Notes: a model not told the origin generated them from the sequence alone. A stretch of DNA of 28,589 bases from Octopus sinensis (GCF_006345805.1 NW_021835616.1:1-28589), one strand, 5' to 3'. Shown: positions 9,712 through 20,466, counted from the stretch's first letter. Made by a program: numbers and translations.

Positions 9712-9850
9712 ATAATAATAATAATAATGATAATGGTTTTAAATTTTGGCACAAGACCAGCAATTCGACCCCAGTGGCCAACTGGTACTTATTTTGTTGA
9801 CCTCGAAAGGATGAAAGGCAAAGAGGACCTCGGCGGAATTTGAACTCAGA
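9712..9850 (-). mobile_element. Family B SINE, 5'-truncated, (ATT)n tail abutting the LINE fragment
   Basis: Reverse complement of GTTCTGAGTTCAAATTCCGCCGAGG...CTTGTGCCAAAATTTAAAACC. Confidence 0.85.
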
Positions 9851-9894
9851 ACAACAATACCAATAATATCAATCGCAGACTACTAACGCTGTCG

Positions 9895-10400
9895 GCGGCA
9901 CCACCACGTTCTCAACCACTTACCATATCACCACAACCACCACCATTCCCACCACAGCCACCACCACCATCACCATCACCAACACTCTACTTACCACCAC
10001 CAAAACCACCACCACCTACATCACCATCACCGCCACCACCTACATCATCACTATACCCACTACCATCCCCACCAACTAAAACCCCTACCAACGCCACCAA
10101 CATCACCACCACATACTCAATTTGTGCCCCTCCCTCACTTCCCCCTTCCTACCTCCCCCTCGTCTGTAATCATTAAATTTGTCATTAAACAAACATTTTG
10201 TAAATCCATTTTCCGTAAACGTTTCCATTCCTCTACCACCACCACTACCACCACCACCACCACCACCACCCTCAGTCTCTCACTCTCTTTCTTCCCTTCC
10301 TCTCACTCCTTCTCTACTCTCCCTCCACCTCTGACTCCCTCTCCCTCCCTTTCCCTCATTTTCCTATTCGTTTTCCTCCTCCGCCTTCACCTCCTCCTGC
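9895..10400. repeat. Degenerate (CCA/CAC)n followed by CT-rich low-complexity tract
   Basis: Direct reading. Confidence 0.85.
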
Positions 10401-10530
10401 CATGCCTCGCAGCTCTCTGTCGGCGTCTAAACGACAATCACTTAAGCAGTCACTAATAACAGAAGCAGCAGCACCAGCGTCACCAGCAGCAACCAGTAGC
10501 AGTAGCGATAACGAAGGAGCTTTGACGTGG

Positions 10531-11093
10531 TTTACTCTTGTACTCTTTCACTTGTTTCAGTCATTTGACTGTGGCCATGCTGGAGCACCGCCTTTAGTCG
10601 ATCGAGCAAATCGACCCCTAGACTTATTCTTTGTAAAGCCTAGTACTTATTCTATCGGTCTCTTTTTGCCGAACCGATAAGTTACGGGGACATAAACACA
10701 CCAGCATCGGTTGTCAAGCGATGTTGGCGGGGGGACAAACACAAACACACAAACATATACACACATACATATACATATAGACATATACGACCGCGGCCAT
10801 GTTGGAGCACTGCCTTTAGTCGAACAAATCCACCCTAGGAATTATTCTTTGTAAGCCTAGTACTTATTCTACCGTCTCCTTTGCCGAACCGCTAAGTTAC
10901 GGGGGACCAACCTCGGTTGTCAAGCGATGGTGGTGGTGGTGGTGGTGGTGGTGGTGGTGGTGGTAGTGGGGTGACAAACACAGACACACATATACGACAG
11001 GCTTCTTTCAGTTTCCGTCTACCAAATCCACTCACAAGGCTTTGATCGGCCCGAGGCTATAGTAGAAGACACTTGCCCAAGGTGCCACGCAGT
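10531..11093 (-). mobile_element. Two tandem family A SINE pieces (3' half 10531-10795; near-full copy 10790-11093 with internal (GGT)n)
   Basis: Both align to the family A tail; head cut at GCCACGCAGT and joined to a plus-strand AAAAGAGTAAAA tail remnant. Confidence 0.85.
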
Positions 11094-11326
11094 AAAAGAG
11101 TAAAAAGCGACGAAAACTGACAAGGGTACAGGATTACAGGATTTTGTTTGTAGGAATTAACAAATTATTTGTTGATGTGTGCTGATGTATACCAACCAGA
11201 TGATATAACTCATGAGGTGTATATTGACGTTGAGTGTCCCGAATGTTTGCAGGTCTCCCAAAATCCCTATATATGACGACGATCTGTGTGGTTATGACAA
11301 CAGCCATGTAACATATATATATATAT

Positions 11327-11388
<62 letters not shown>

Positions 11389-11394
11389 ATATGT

Positions 11395-11600
11395 TTGTTT
11401 GGTCTATGTTTGTCCCCCTAGCATTGCTGACAACCGATGCTGGTGTGTTTACGTCCCCGTCACTTAGCGGTTCGGCAAAAGAGACCGATAGAATAAGTAC
11501 TAGGGTTACAAAGAATAAGTCCCGGGTTCGATTTGCTCGACTAAAGGCGGTGCTCCAGCACGGCCGCAGTCAAATGACTGAAACAAGTAAAAGAGTAAAA
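11395..11600 (+). mobile_element. SINE family A, 3' half
   Basis: TTTGTCCCCC...GCAGTCAAATGACTGAAACAAGTAAAAGAGTAAAA. Confidence 0.9.
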
Positions 11601-11794
11601 CATTGTCGAAAGGGAGATGTCCTCTGATGACGAAAACCAATAGCGATCAGCTTATTCACGTTCGAATCTGCCAGAACGGATTAAGGATGAATAGATACGC
11701 TATTATCTTTAAAAATATTTTGCCCGGAATTCTGAATAAGAAAGGAAAACATTGTAATTTGAGCAGCAGAACAGTTAAGTAAACAAACGAATAG

Positions 11795-12170
11795 GGGCAA
11801 GGAGTGGCTGTGTGGTAAGTAGCTTGCTTACCAACCACATGGTTCCGGGTTCAGCCTCGAAGCATGGCACCTTGGGCAAATATCTTCTACTATAGCCTCG
11901 GACAGACCAATGCCTTGTGAGTGGATTTGGTAGACAGAAACTGAAAGAAGCCTGTCGTATATGTGTGTGTGTCTGTGTTTGTCACCCCACTACCACCACC
12001 ACCACCACCACCATCGCTTGACTTAGCGGTTCGGCAAAGGAGACGGTAGACTAAGTACTAGGCTTACAAAGAATAAGACCTGGGGTGGATTTGCTCGACT
12101 AAAGGCAGTGCTCCAACATGGCCGCAGTCAAATGGCTGAAACAAGTTTAAGAATAAAAGGATAAAAGAAA
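11795..12170 (+). mobile_element. SINE family A, near full length with internal deletion
   Basis: Head GGAGTGGCTGTGTGGTAAGTAGC, internal TG/(CCA)n, tail. Confidence 0.9.
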
Positions 12171-12235
12171 CAAACAAACAATTAAGTAAATAAATAAAAT
12201 GAATAAATAAATAACCAAAAGGTTGCTTACTAACA

Positions 12236-12420
12236 GGTGCGGCTGTGTGGTAAGAAGCTTGCTTACCAACCACATGTTCCAGGTTCAGTCACACTACGTG
12301 GTACCTTGGACAAGTGTCTTCTACTAAAGCCTCGGGCCGACCGAAGCCTTGTGTGTGGATTTGGTAGACGGAACTGAAAGAAGCCCGTCGTATGTGTGTG
12401 TGTGTGTTTGTCCACTACCA
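12236..12420 (+). mobile_element. SINE family A, 5' half
   Basis: Head and CORE-like region, truncated after the internal microsatellite. Confidence 0.85.
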
Positions 12421-12424
12421 CTGT

Positions 12425-12523
12425 GTAGGGATGCCATGTAGGGGTACCATGTAGGGATGATATGTAGGGATGATATGTATCGATGCCATGTAAGGATGCC
12501 ATATGGGGATGCCATCTAGGGAT
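12425..12523 (+). repeat. 13-bp minisatellite (GTAGGGATGCCAT), ~7.6 copies
   Basis: Unit starts at 12425, 12438, 12451, 12464, 12477, 12490, 12503, 12516. Confidence 0.9.
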
Positions 12524-12733
12524 AAAATTTCGAAATGACATTCTTCTGAAACCAGGTAACAAGATGTAAAAGAACAATTTCATTGTATTACAGGAGAGTC
12601 AGATTTTCGAGAACCGGTCCATCACCAATTTCCGGACAATAATAGTTCGGAACGTCTTATAATCCGAACTAATTTATACTAATGCTTGTATTTCATTTAA
12701 TTAATTAAGTAAATTTAATATTTGTTTAATATA

Positions 12734-12918
12734 AGGCGATGAGCTGGCAGAGTCATTAGCATACCGGGCAAAATGCTCAGCGGAGTTTCGTCCGTCTTTT
12801 ACGATACGGGTTCAAATTCCGCCGAGGTCGACTTTACCTTTCATTCCCTTCTGGGTAGATGTAATCGACCAACCTCATTCCCAGAAATTGCTGGCGTTGT
12901 GCCACAATTTGAAAACAG
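12734..12918 (+). mobile_element. Family B SINE with 12-bp target-site duplication
   Basis: TATTTGTTTAAT at 12719-12730 and 12919-12930 flanks GGCGATGAGCTGGCAG...TTTGAAAACAG. Confidence 0.9.
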
Positions 12919-13204
12919 TATTTGTTTAATTTAGAATGTTAACCCCTGGTTCGGAAAAATCAGTAATCCAGAATGAATTTGGAACCGTGAAATCGACGGT
13001 GTTCATGTGTTCCAAGAGCCATCATTTGTTTTGTTATTAGTTTCATTTTTAAATTACTATACGCGCTTGAAACGGCCTTGGTAGTGCTCAATTCTGACTG
13101 AAATTTATCTAAGTATTTAAGTGCCGGTGTGTATAACATTTATAATGTATATGTATAAACGTAAATACCAGTGTGTTTAATACTTATAATGTATAATGTA
13201 TATA

Positions 13205-13537
13205 GTGAAGGCGCATGGCTTAGTGGTTAGAGCGTCGAGCTGACGATCGTGAGGTTGTGAGTAGGATTCCCGGACTGAGCTGCGTGCTGTGTTCTTGAGC
13301 AAGACACTTTATTTCACTTTTCTCCAGTTTACTCAACTGTAGAAATGAGTTGCGACTTCACTGGTGCCAAGTTGTATTGGCCTTTCCTTGGATAACATCG
13401 GATGCATGGAGACGGGAGGCTGGTATGCATGGCCGACTGCTGGTCTTCCATAAATAACCTTGCCCGGATTTGTGCCTGGGAGGGTAATTTTCTTGGTGCA
13501 ATCCCATGGTCATTCATGACCGAAGGTGGGTCACACT
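13205..13537 (+). mobile_element. tRNA-derived SINE, family D, with ~16-bp target-site duplication
   Basis: GTGAAGGCGCATGGCTTAGTGGTTAGAGC (A box), degenerate B box GTAGGATTCCC, TTCTTGAGCAAGACACTT CORE-like; TTATAATGTATA(A)TGTA at 13184-13200 and 13538-13553. Confidence 0.85.
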
Positions 13538-13559
13538 TTATAATGTATATGTAGGAGAT

Positions 13560-13925
13560 AGGAAGTGATATCGAAAAGTTCCCTGGTTATTTCTGTAGTT
13601 CGCCAACAGATGGCAGCATTCGGTCGCGTGCGAGAGGGAGAGCTAGCAATGACCTTCATGAGGTAGTATGCCGAGTGACACCACTGTGTTTACTTCGCAA
13701 GCTGTGAAATTTGTGTTTTTATGATCACGTGTATGCTGTAGTCTGCGATTTTGTCATGGACAGGAAGTTGGAACAAAGAACCAACGTGAAATTTGAGAAT
13801 TCTGATACAGAGACATTGAGGATACTTTGACAAGCTCATGGCGACGAAGCTGCAGACTCCACAAGGGAAGAGGCCTTCATCTCCACGACCGAAGAAAGCA
13901 CAACAGAGCCAGTTTGAAAGTACAA
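13560..13925 (+). mobile_element. Heavily deleted mariner remnant (different subfamily from 5306-5863)
   Basis: ATG 13756: MDRKLEQRTNVKF-ENSDTETLRIL*QAHGDEA (mariner N-terminus), then frameshift to QGKRPSSPRPKKAQQS (SPRPKK motif); TIR-like ATCGAAAAGTTCC near 13570; no right TIR seen. Confidence 0.8.
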
Positions 13926-13949
13926 TCGTACAAACGTAGAAAGGCACTA

Positions 13950-14345
13950 TATTCTCTCAGAGAGTCTTCTCAAAGAAACTAACTAATAAGAACTATTAAT
14001 TAAAACTAACTAATAAGAACAAAGAGCTTCCAGCAGAATACCGTGCGTCGCCAGACACCGGTGTTTCAACTTGATTTGATCTCTTCAGTGATGAATACCA
14101 CTAATGTTCTCCAGCTAAACCAAAAGTCCTGGTTCCAATAACAGGAAATTGGTAAACAAAACATTTACTGATTTCTACGAAAGCTAGTGATAACTAAAAT
14201 TAAAGTAACATTTGCACTAGAAACAGACTGAGATAGGAATGTTGCTTTATATAGCCAATATAATATAACGTATATAAATTTGTGTACAAACACGAAACGG
14301 CACGAGCTGGATTAGTTTATGTCAGAGAGAACTTCTCAAAGAGAT
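13950..14345 (-). mobile_element. Putative PLE terminal (pseudo-LTR) remnant containing a hammerhead motif
   Basis: Contains the motif at 14048-14094; short internal duplication AAACTAACTAATAAGAAC twice near 13976-14020; boundaries approximate. Confidence 0.45.
14048..14094 (-). ncRNA. Type I hammerhead ribozyme motif with palindromic stem III and GUC site
   Basis: Minus strand TCATCA CTGAAGA GATCAAATCAAGTT GAAA CACCGGTG TC TGGCGA: intact core, ACACCGGTGT perfect palindrome as stem III, stem I 5 of 6 pairs, weak 3-bp stem II. Confidence 0.65.
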
Positions 14346-14419
14346 TTATTCGTTTAAAAAAAAGAAAAGAAAAAACACGGTTTCGTTCAGAGCGTCACGT
14401 CGAAACACTGTGTCGTTTG

Positions 14420-14469
14420 CAAGGTTGTTGTTGTTGTTGTTAGTAGCAGTAACAGTAGTAGTAGTAGTG

Positions 14470-14515
<46 letters not shown>

Positions 14516-14770
14516 CAGCAGCAGGTGGTGGTGGTGGTGGTAGAAGTAGTGGTGGCGATCGTGGTGATGATAGTTGCGGAAGTAGTAGTAGTAGTAGTTG
14601 TTGTTGTAGTAGTAGGTGGTGGTGGTGGTTGCAATAGTAGTAGTAGAAGGTGGTAGTGGTGGTAGTAGTAGTAGAAGAAGAAGGTGGTAGTGGTGGTGGT
14701 GGTGGTGGTGGTAGCAGTGGTAACAACGGCGATGGTGGTGGTGGTAGTAGTACTAGTAGTAGCAGCAGCA
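14420..14770. repeat. Compound trinucleotide microsatellite (GTT/GTA/GGT/GCA)
   Basis: Direct reading. Confidence 0.95.
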
Positions 14771-14990
14771 GGAGACCAATCTGTGACTGAGTCGACACTA
14801 ACATATGGCGTGGTTTTCGGTGCTATTTTCAGGCCTACGTGTACCTAGGACTATACTCATCCAACGTGTCTTGCCGTGTTTAATACGATAACCGTAAAAT
14901 TTCAGTCACATTTTGGCTGCCATTTCTTGCAGGTCCGACTTCCGGCTTCGAGACCATTATGACTGCGTCGACAGCGGGCAGAGACGACAG

Positions 14991-15001
14991 TGGTGGTGGT
15001 C

Positions 15002-15039
<38 letters not shown>

Positions 15040-15205
15040 GGTCGTGGTGGTCGTGGTGGTCGTGGTGGTCGTGGTGGTCGTGGTCGTGGTCGTGGTGGTG
15101 GTCGTGGTCGTGGTGGTCGTGGTCGTGGTGGTCGTGGTGGTCGTGGTCGTGGTGGTCGTGGTGGTGATGGTGGTGGTCGTGGTGGTCGTGGTGGTCGTCG
15201 TGGTC

Positions 15206-15249
<44 letters not shown>

Positions 15250-15277
15250 GATGGTGGTGGTCGTGGTGATGGTGATG
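14991..15277. repeat. (GGT/CGT)n compound trinucleotide repeat
   Basis: Direct reading; produces spurious RGG, poly-V, poly-T and HD ORFs. Confidence 0.95.
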
Positions 15278-15611
15278 AAAGTGAGAAGATATGAGGAGAT
15301 GAAGGACGACAGACATTCGTTCATGTCGTCGAAGTAGTTTAAATAATATTTTTTTTTTAAATAAGAGAAGAAATCTTATTTAAACGGTACCGCCGGTGCT
15401 ACAGCGGTTTACCGGTTGCTTAGTGTTACCGCTATTACCACGATGACGACGACGACGGCGACCGACCGTCGTACAACCAACGCCGCCGTCTTCTCCTTCT
15501 TTCCTCCTCCACCACCACCACCACCACCATCATCATCATCACGATCAGTATTAACATTAGCAGCAGCAGCAGCACGGCTTCGTCGTTTCCGCCGTCGCCA
15601 CCGCCACCGCC

Positions 15612-15903
15612 ACCACCACCATCGTCACCATTACGATACACAGCGCCGTCACCGTCGCCACCGCCGCCGCCGCCGTCACCATCGTCTCCATTACGATATA
15701 CAGCGCCGTCACCGTCGCCACCGCCACCGCCAACACCACCATCGTCTCCATTACGATATACAGCGCCGTCACCGTCGCCACCGCCACCGCCAACACCACC
15801 ACCATCGTCTCCATTACGATATACAGCGCCGTCACCGTCGCCACCGCCGCCGCCACCACCACCATCGTCTCCATTACGATACACAGCGTTCCGTCACCGT
15901 CGC
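15612..15903 (+). repeat. 60/63-bp minisatellite, 5 copies, in CCG/CCA trinucleotide background
   Basis: ATCGTC(A/T)CCATTACGATA(C/T)ACAGCG at 15621, 15681, 15741, 15804, 15864. Confidence 0.95.
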
Positions 15904-16189
15904 CACTGCAGCCTCTCCGCAAACGCCGCCGCCGCCGCCGCCAATGCCGCCTCTCCACTGCCGTTCGTCGTCGTCGTGGTCGTCATCGTCTTCGTCTCTA
16001 GCAGAGAAACGGAATCATCAACAAAGAGAGATTGGTCGATGGCAGCGGTAGATTAAGTACGAGTTATTGTGTCATTAAAAAAGTTGGAGTAGGAGCAGGA
16101 AAGAGAGAAACGGCAGCCATTTCTATAACGATCCTACCCCCGACTCTCTCCTCTCCACATGTAAACCTACCATATAGCATTATATTATA

Positions 16190-16452
16190 TTATGTGTGTG
16201 TGTGTGTGGATGCGAAGCTGTATGACTGTGTGTGTGTCTGTGTGTATAAGCGCAGTTGTATGTGGCTGTGTGTGTGTGTGTGTGTGTATATGGTTGTGTG
16301 TGTGATTTCTCTATTTCTCACGCTTTCTCTCCTTACCATATTCTTTTTGTCTCTCCCACTCTCTCGCTTAATGCCTATATATATATATATATATATACAT
16401 ACACACACACAGCGTTCGTTCTCTCTCTGTCTGTTCTCTATCTCTCCTCTTT

Positions 16453-16495
<43 letters not shown>

Positions 16496-16508
16496 CTATA
16501 GCTAGCTC

Positions 16509-16546
<38 letters not shown>

Positions 16547-16657
16547 CTATCTTTCTCTTCTGTCTATCTTTTTTGTGCGTGCGTATCTTTCACTCATTCT
16601 CACTAAGACTTTGCCTGTCTCTCACTCTTTCTCCCTTCTTACTCTATCTCTCTCTCT

Positions 16658-16688
<31 letters not shown>

Positions 16689-16700
16689 CTACCTCCCCCT
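16190..16700. repeat. Cluster of TG, TA and CT dinucleotide microsatellites
   Basis: Direct reading. Confidence 0.9.
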
Positions 16701-17240
16701 CTTTCCCCACTCCTTCTCCCTCAGTCTTTACATGCACCAGCGTCAATATGATGACTGACAACTAAAATATATAGTTCTGTGTTCGTGTGTGCGTCTTCGC
16801 CGATATTGATATATATATATATGCCTCTGTGTACGTATTCACTCACACACACAGACACACACACGTGCACACACACACATGAATTTATGTGTATATGCAT
16901 ATGCATACGCATATATATCCCTCTATATGTATGTTTATGTATGATGATTGGCCAGGCGTCCATGTCGGTACATGCAACGAAAACAACGCTGCCTCTATCC
17001 TAAATGTATACATAATTGCTTCAGTGTATATATATATTTATAATTATATATATTATATGTACCATATGGAAATAACGTCAGATTAAAACTAGATCTGCGC
17101 GTGCGCGTGTTGCAGCCGGCACTCAACCGTTGTGGACATGACTAGCGAAGTATAAACACCAAACTATATATATGTATAAAGATATATATGTATGCATATA
17201 TATATATATATATATATTAATATATGTATATATATATATA

Positions 17241-17300
17241 GGCTCGGACCGACCAAAGCCTTGCGAGTGGATTTAGATGGAAATTGAAAGAAGCCCGCCG
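17241..17300 (+). mobile_element. SINE family A head fragment; matching 3' part probably 18305-18395
   Basis: CCGACCAAAGCCTTGCGAGTGGATTT...GAAAGAAGCCCGCCG. Confidence 0.8.
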
Positions 17301-17344
17301 TATATATATGTATGTATGTATGTATATATATATATATATATATA

Positions 17345-17520
17345 CATTTTTTCTCTCCTTATTTCTCTCCGTGTTTCTTTTCTGTGTATCTTTCTGTTGA
17401 AGAGCGTAGGCTCGAAATGTAAAAGACTTGTTTTATTTATATTCCTGAGCGCCATACTAATACAATTGTTTGTTTGTATTCCACCTGCCTTCGTCTTTTG
17501 TTTATTTTCATAAAGCTTCC
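17345..17520 (+). mobile_element. Second family of short hammerhead-bearing element in (TA)n
   Basis: Shares GAAGAGC...GCTCGAAA and downstream TTCCTGAGCG with the reverse complement of 7583-7790. Confidence 0.6.
17389..17426 (+). ncRNA. Degenerate minimal type I hammerhead motif
   Basis: TCTTT CTGTTGA A GAGC-GTAG-GCTC GAAA TGTA AAAGA: stem I UCUUU/AAAGA, stem II GAGC/GCUC; core has A6>U and palindromic ACGT decayed to ATGT, so this copy is probably inactive. Confidence 0.6.
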
Positions 17521-17525
17521 CATTA

Positions 17526-17599
<74 letters not shown>

Positions 17600-17600
<1 letters not shown>

Positions 17601-17830
17601 AATGTGTGTCTGCTGTATGTATGTGTGCTTCACTAAAACTCAAGAACTACCCAACCAATTTCATTCAAATTTTACATATGTCTTACTTAGGGTCATTGCA
17701 GTGTCATGGGCCCAAAAAATGTTCAGCTTTTTGCCTAATCAGAGCCCGGAGCAATCTCTTATCTCTTACAATGTTTCCGTATTACGTGTCAAAAGTGAAA
17801 CAATAACATCTCTATTAATACTTTCATTAT
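17600..17830 (+). mobile_element. Possible Helitron/Helentron-derived non-autonomous fragment
   Basis: Microsatellite followed by CTCAAGAACTACCCAACCAATTTCATTCAAATTTTAC (17639-17675), similar to HINE/DINE-1-like cores (recalled). Confidence 0.4.
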
Positions 17831-17894
17831 TATATGGTTTCAATTTCAATTACTTTCATTATGTATTTATAAACATGTTTGTATATGTATGTAC

Positions 17895-17930
<36 letters not shown>

Positions 17931-18187
17931 ACGCATTGAGTCGAAACAGGGGCAGCTGAAGAAGGGGAATGTTCCTTGTGTTGTATGTCTTGTACTCTGT
18001 ATTTTCGTTGTTAAAAAACGTCCGTTTCCTTGTTTTGTTTTTATGTTTTTGTTTCTCGAGTTCTACGTTTTTTTTGTGGTGTCCTGTACCCATATATGCA
18101 TGTATATATACATATAGATGTAAGTATGTACATATATGTATGTATATATGCAAATGTTTTGTTTATTAAATTGTTATTATATATATA

Positions 18188-18251
<64 letters not shown>

Positions 18252-18404
18252 CATACATATAGATTGATAGATAGATATGTACAAGTATATATGTGTGTGT
18301 GTATGGCTTTGTTGTGTGTCCCCATCACCGCTAGACAACCGGTGTTCGTGCGTTTACGTTCTTGTAACTTAGCAGTTTAGCAAAAGAAACCAATACACTA
18401 ATTT

Positions 18405-18735
18405 GCAGGTTCAAATGTCTTCTACTATAGCCTCGGGCCGACCAAATCCTTGTGAGTAGATGTGGCAGACGGAAACTGAAAGAAGTCTGTCGTATATGTG
18501 TGTGTATGTCTGTGTGTGCGTGTATTTGTGTGTGTCTATGTTTGTCCCACCACCATCACTTGAGAACCGATGCTGATGTGTTTACGTTCCCGTAACTTAG
18601 CGGTTCGGCAAAAGAGAATGGTAGAACAAGTACTAGGCTTACAAAGAATAAGTCCTGTGGTCAATTTGTTCGACTAAAGGTGGTGCTCCAGCATGGCCGC
18701 AGTCAAATGACTGAAACAAATAAAAGAATAAAAGA
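18405..18735 (+). mobile_element. SINE family A, 5'-truncated
   Basis: Aligns to family A from the CORE region through the tail. Confidence 0.9.
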
Positions 18736-18929
18736 AACGAACAAAGATGGTGCGTTAAATAAAATAAAAGAAATGCTGAATTTCAAGGTTTAAATAGACT
18801 GTAAAATGCTTAGCGGTGAGACTTTAAGATGAGTCCAAAATATAATAAGGGTTGCAGGTTAAATTATATACAGTCATACCATTTATGGAGAGAAAATTTG
18901 AAAGTTGAGAAATATTTGTCCACCGAAAA

Positions 18930-19620
18930 TCAAAATATCCGAGATCTTATTATGTAGTAGATTTTTATTGGTACGTAGTATGTTAATTGATTCTTTTGTG
19001 CACAATTTGCACATTTTTGTATGTGTGTTGTATGGCGTAGTTTCCATGATAATTGACTAATTAAGTTTATATTCTTTGTTTCGCATTTTTAAAGTTATTA
19101 ATATAAATATCTAGTGCAGTTGAATTTTTCTTGTTCTGATTTATAAACGAATTTGTATGTCCCCTATACCTAGTTTTAAATTCAATTGTGCTCCATATAT
19201 ATATTTTATCATTGGGTTCATTGAGGGTCATAACCTCACATTTATACACCACGTTTCTCCTCAGACAAAAGCCCCTTAATGGACATGAATCCCGGGAATG
19301 ACAATTACAGGTTTTATTTACAGGTTTCCCCTTTGTGTTCTTAATATCTATATTATTATCCGTAATGCGTCCAGCTACAGTAGCGTCTCTATCAATAATA
19401 TTATTTCTAAGCTTATGTTTTTTTATTCGCCGCAATTATAGAACCTAAGTTGGGCGTTGTCGAATACGATAATTTCAGAGTAGTCCTATTAAAAATAGGA
19501 AGATATTTATGACCTAAGGGGAGGTTTTTATCAATAATGCTAAAATATACCTTGGTGGGATTAGTGACTTGAGGGGAAAAAGGAAGGGTAAACCATATGA
19601 TTTCCCCGTTTTCTTGAGGA
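18930..19620 (-). mobile_element. Penelope-like element C-terminus: linker plus GIY-YIG endonuclease, frameshifted pseudo-ORF
   Basis: Frames give EIIWFTLPFSPQVTNPTKVYFSIIDKNLPLGHKYLPIFNRTTLKLSYSTTPNLGSII; after a shift in the T7 run 19418-19424, KTCNCHSRDSCPLRGFCLRRNVVYKCEV...IYIWSTIEFKTRYRGHTNSF...STAL; after another shift, PYNTHTKMCKLCTKESINIL..NLLHNKISD. CNC-x-CPLxGxC, VVY, YIG-like and CxLCxxE motifs match PLE endonucleases. Confidence 0.9.
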
Positions 19621-19759
19621 TTTATGCCTAATCTGCCAGTTATCTATTGGGTTCCTTCTAAAGTTATAATTCAAGGCATTACGAAGTCTTCCGAATCTGA
19701 CGGACTTGATGTTCGGGAGGATCAGTCACGGAAGGAGTGTCATTTTAACTCAGCTAAAT

Positions 19760-19803
<44 letters not shown>

Positions 19804-19938
19804 ATATATATATAATACACACACACACAAACACCCCACACACCAGACTGAGCGAGAGAGAGAGAGAGCTAGCCACGGGGCAACCAAAGCCTTGTGGGCG
19901 GATTTGGTAGACGGAAACTGTAAGAAGCCCGTCGTATT

Positions 19939-19969
<31 letters not shown>

Positions 19970-19974
19970 ATATA

Positions 19975-20063
19975 CAGGGGTTGGACAAAATAATGAAAAC
20001 ACCTTAAAATTTCAAACAAATTTATCTTAATATGGGGTAGAACCGCCTTTGGCAGTAATTACA
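19975..20063. mobile_element. Solitary Tc1-like terminal fragment at a TA
   Basis: TA|CAGGGGTTGGACAAAATAATGAAAACACC resembles Tc1-family TIRs; no partner TIR found. Confidence 0.6.
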
Positions 20064-20064
20064 T

Positions 20065-20210
20065 ATATAGTATTATTGGACGCTCAGGAAAGAAGGAAAG
20101 AAGGAGGATTTAACGTTTCGAGCGGAGCTCTTCGTCGGAAACATAGGAGAAGGAAATATCCACAGAAGGGAAGACAGAGGAAAAAAAATCGCCAACGGTA
20201 CACACGCGGT
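20065..20210 (-). mobile_element. Second copy of the 7583-7790 hammerhead-bearing element (partial)
   Basis: Colinear with 7643-7787. Confidence 0.8.
20108..20142 (-). ncRNA. Minimal type I hammerhead motif, U4>C variant
   Basis: Minus strand GTTT CCGACGA A GAGC-TCC-GCTC GAAA CGTT AAAT; stem I retains pairing through a G-U wobble. Confidence 0.65.
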
Positions 20211-20435
20211 CGTGTCTGTGTTTGTCCCTCCAACATCGCTTGACAACCGATTCTGGTGTGTTAACGTCCCCGTAACTTAGCGGTTCGGCAAAAGAGACTG
20301 ATAGAATAAGTACTAGGCTTACAAAGAATAAGTCCTGCGGTCGATTTGTTCGACTAACGGCGGCGCTCCAGCATGGCAGCAGTCAAAATGACTGAAACAA
20401 ATAAAACAATAAAAGAATAAAAAAATATATATACA

Positions 20436-20466
<31 letters not shown>

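Larger units (their letters stand above)
19872..20420 (+). mobile_element. SINE family A split by insertions in its internal microsatellite (head 19872-19935, 3' half 20211-20420)
   Basis: Both halves align to family A in the correct order and orientation. Confidence 0.85.

Noticed and set aside
11150-11280. Plus-strand exon candidate / short ORF MCADVYQPDDITHEVYIDVECPECLQ
   Set aside because: All frames from the best acceptor hit stops; peptide not recognised.
14380-14420. GAAACACTGTGTC resembling hammerhead stem III plus GUC
   Set aside because: No CUGANGA upstream; at best a badly decayed relic.
14959-15294. 111-aa RGG/RG-rich ORF resembling an RNA-binding domain
   Set aside because: It is one frame of a pure (GGT/CGT)n repeat; other frames give poly-V, poly-T and HD repeats; no splice sites or complex sequence.
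17940-17980. CTGAAGA followed by a hairpin, with GAAAC upstream
   Set aside because: No GAAA after the hairpin and no stem III/NUH arrangement in any hammerhead topology.
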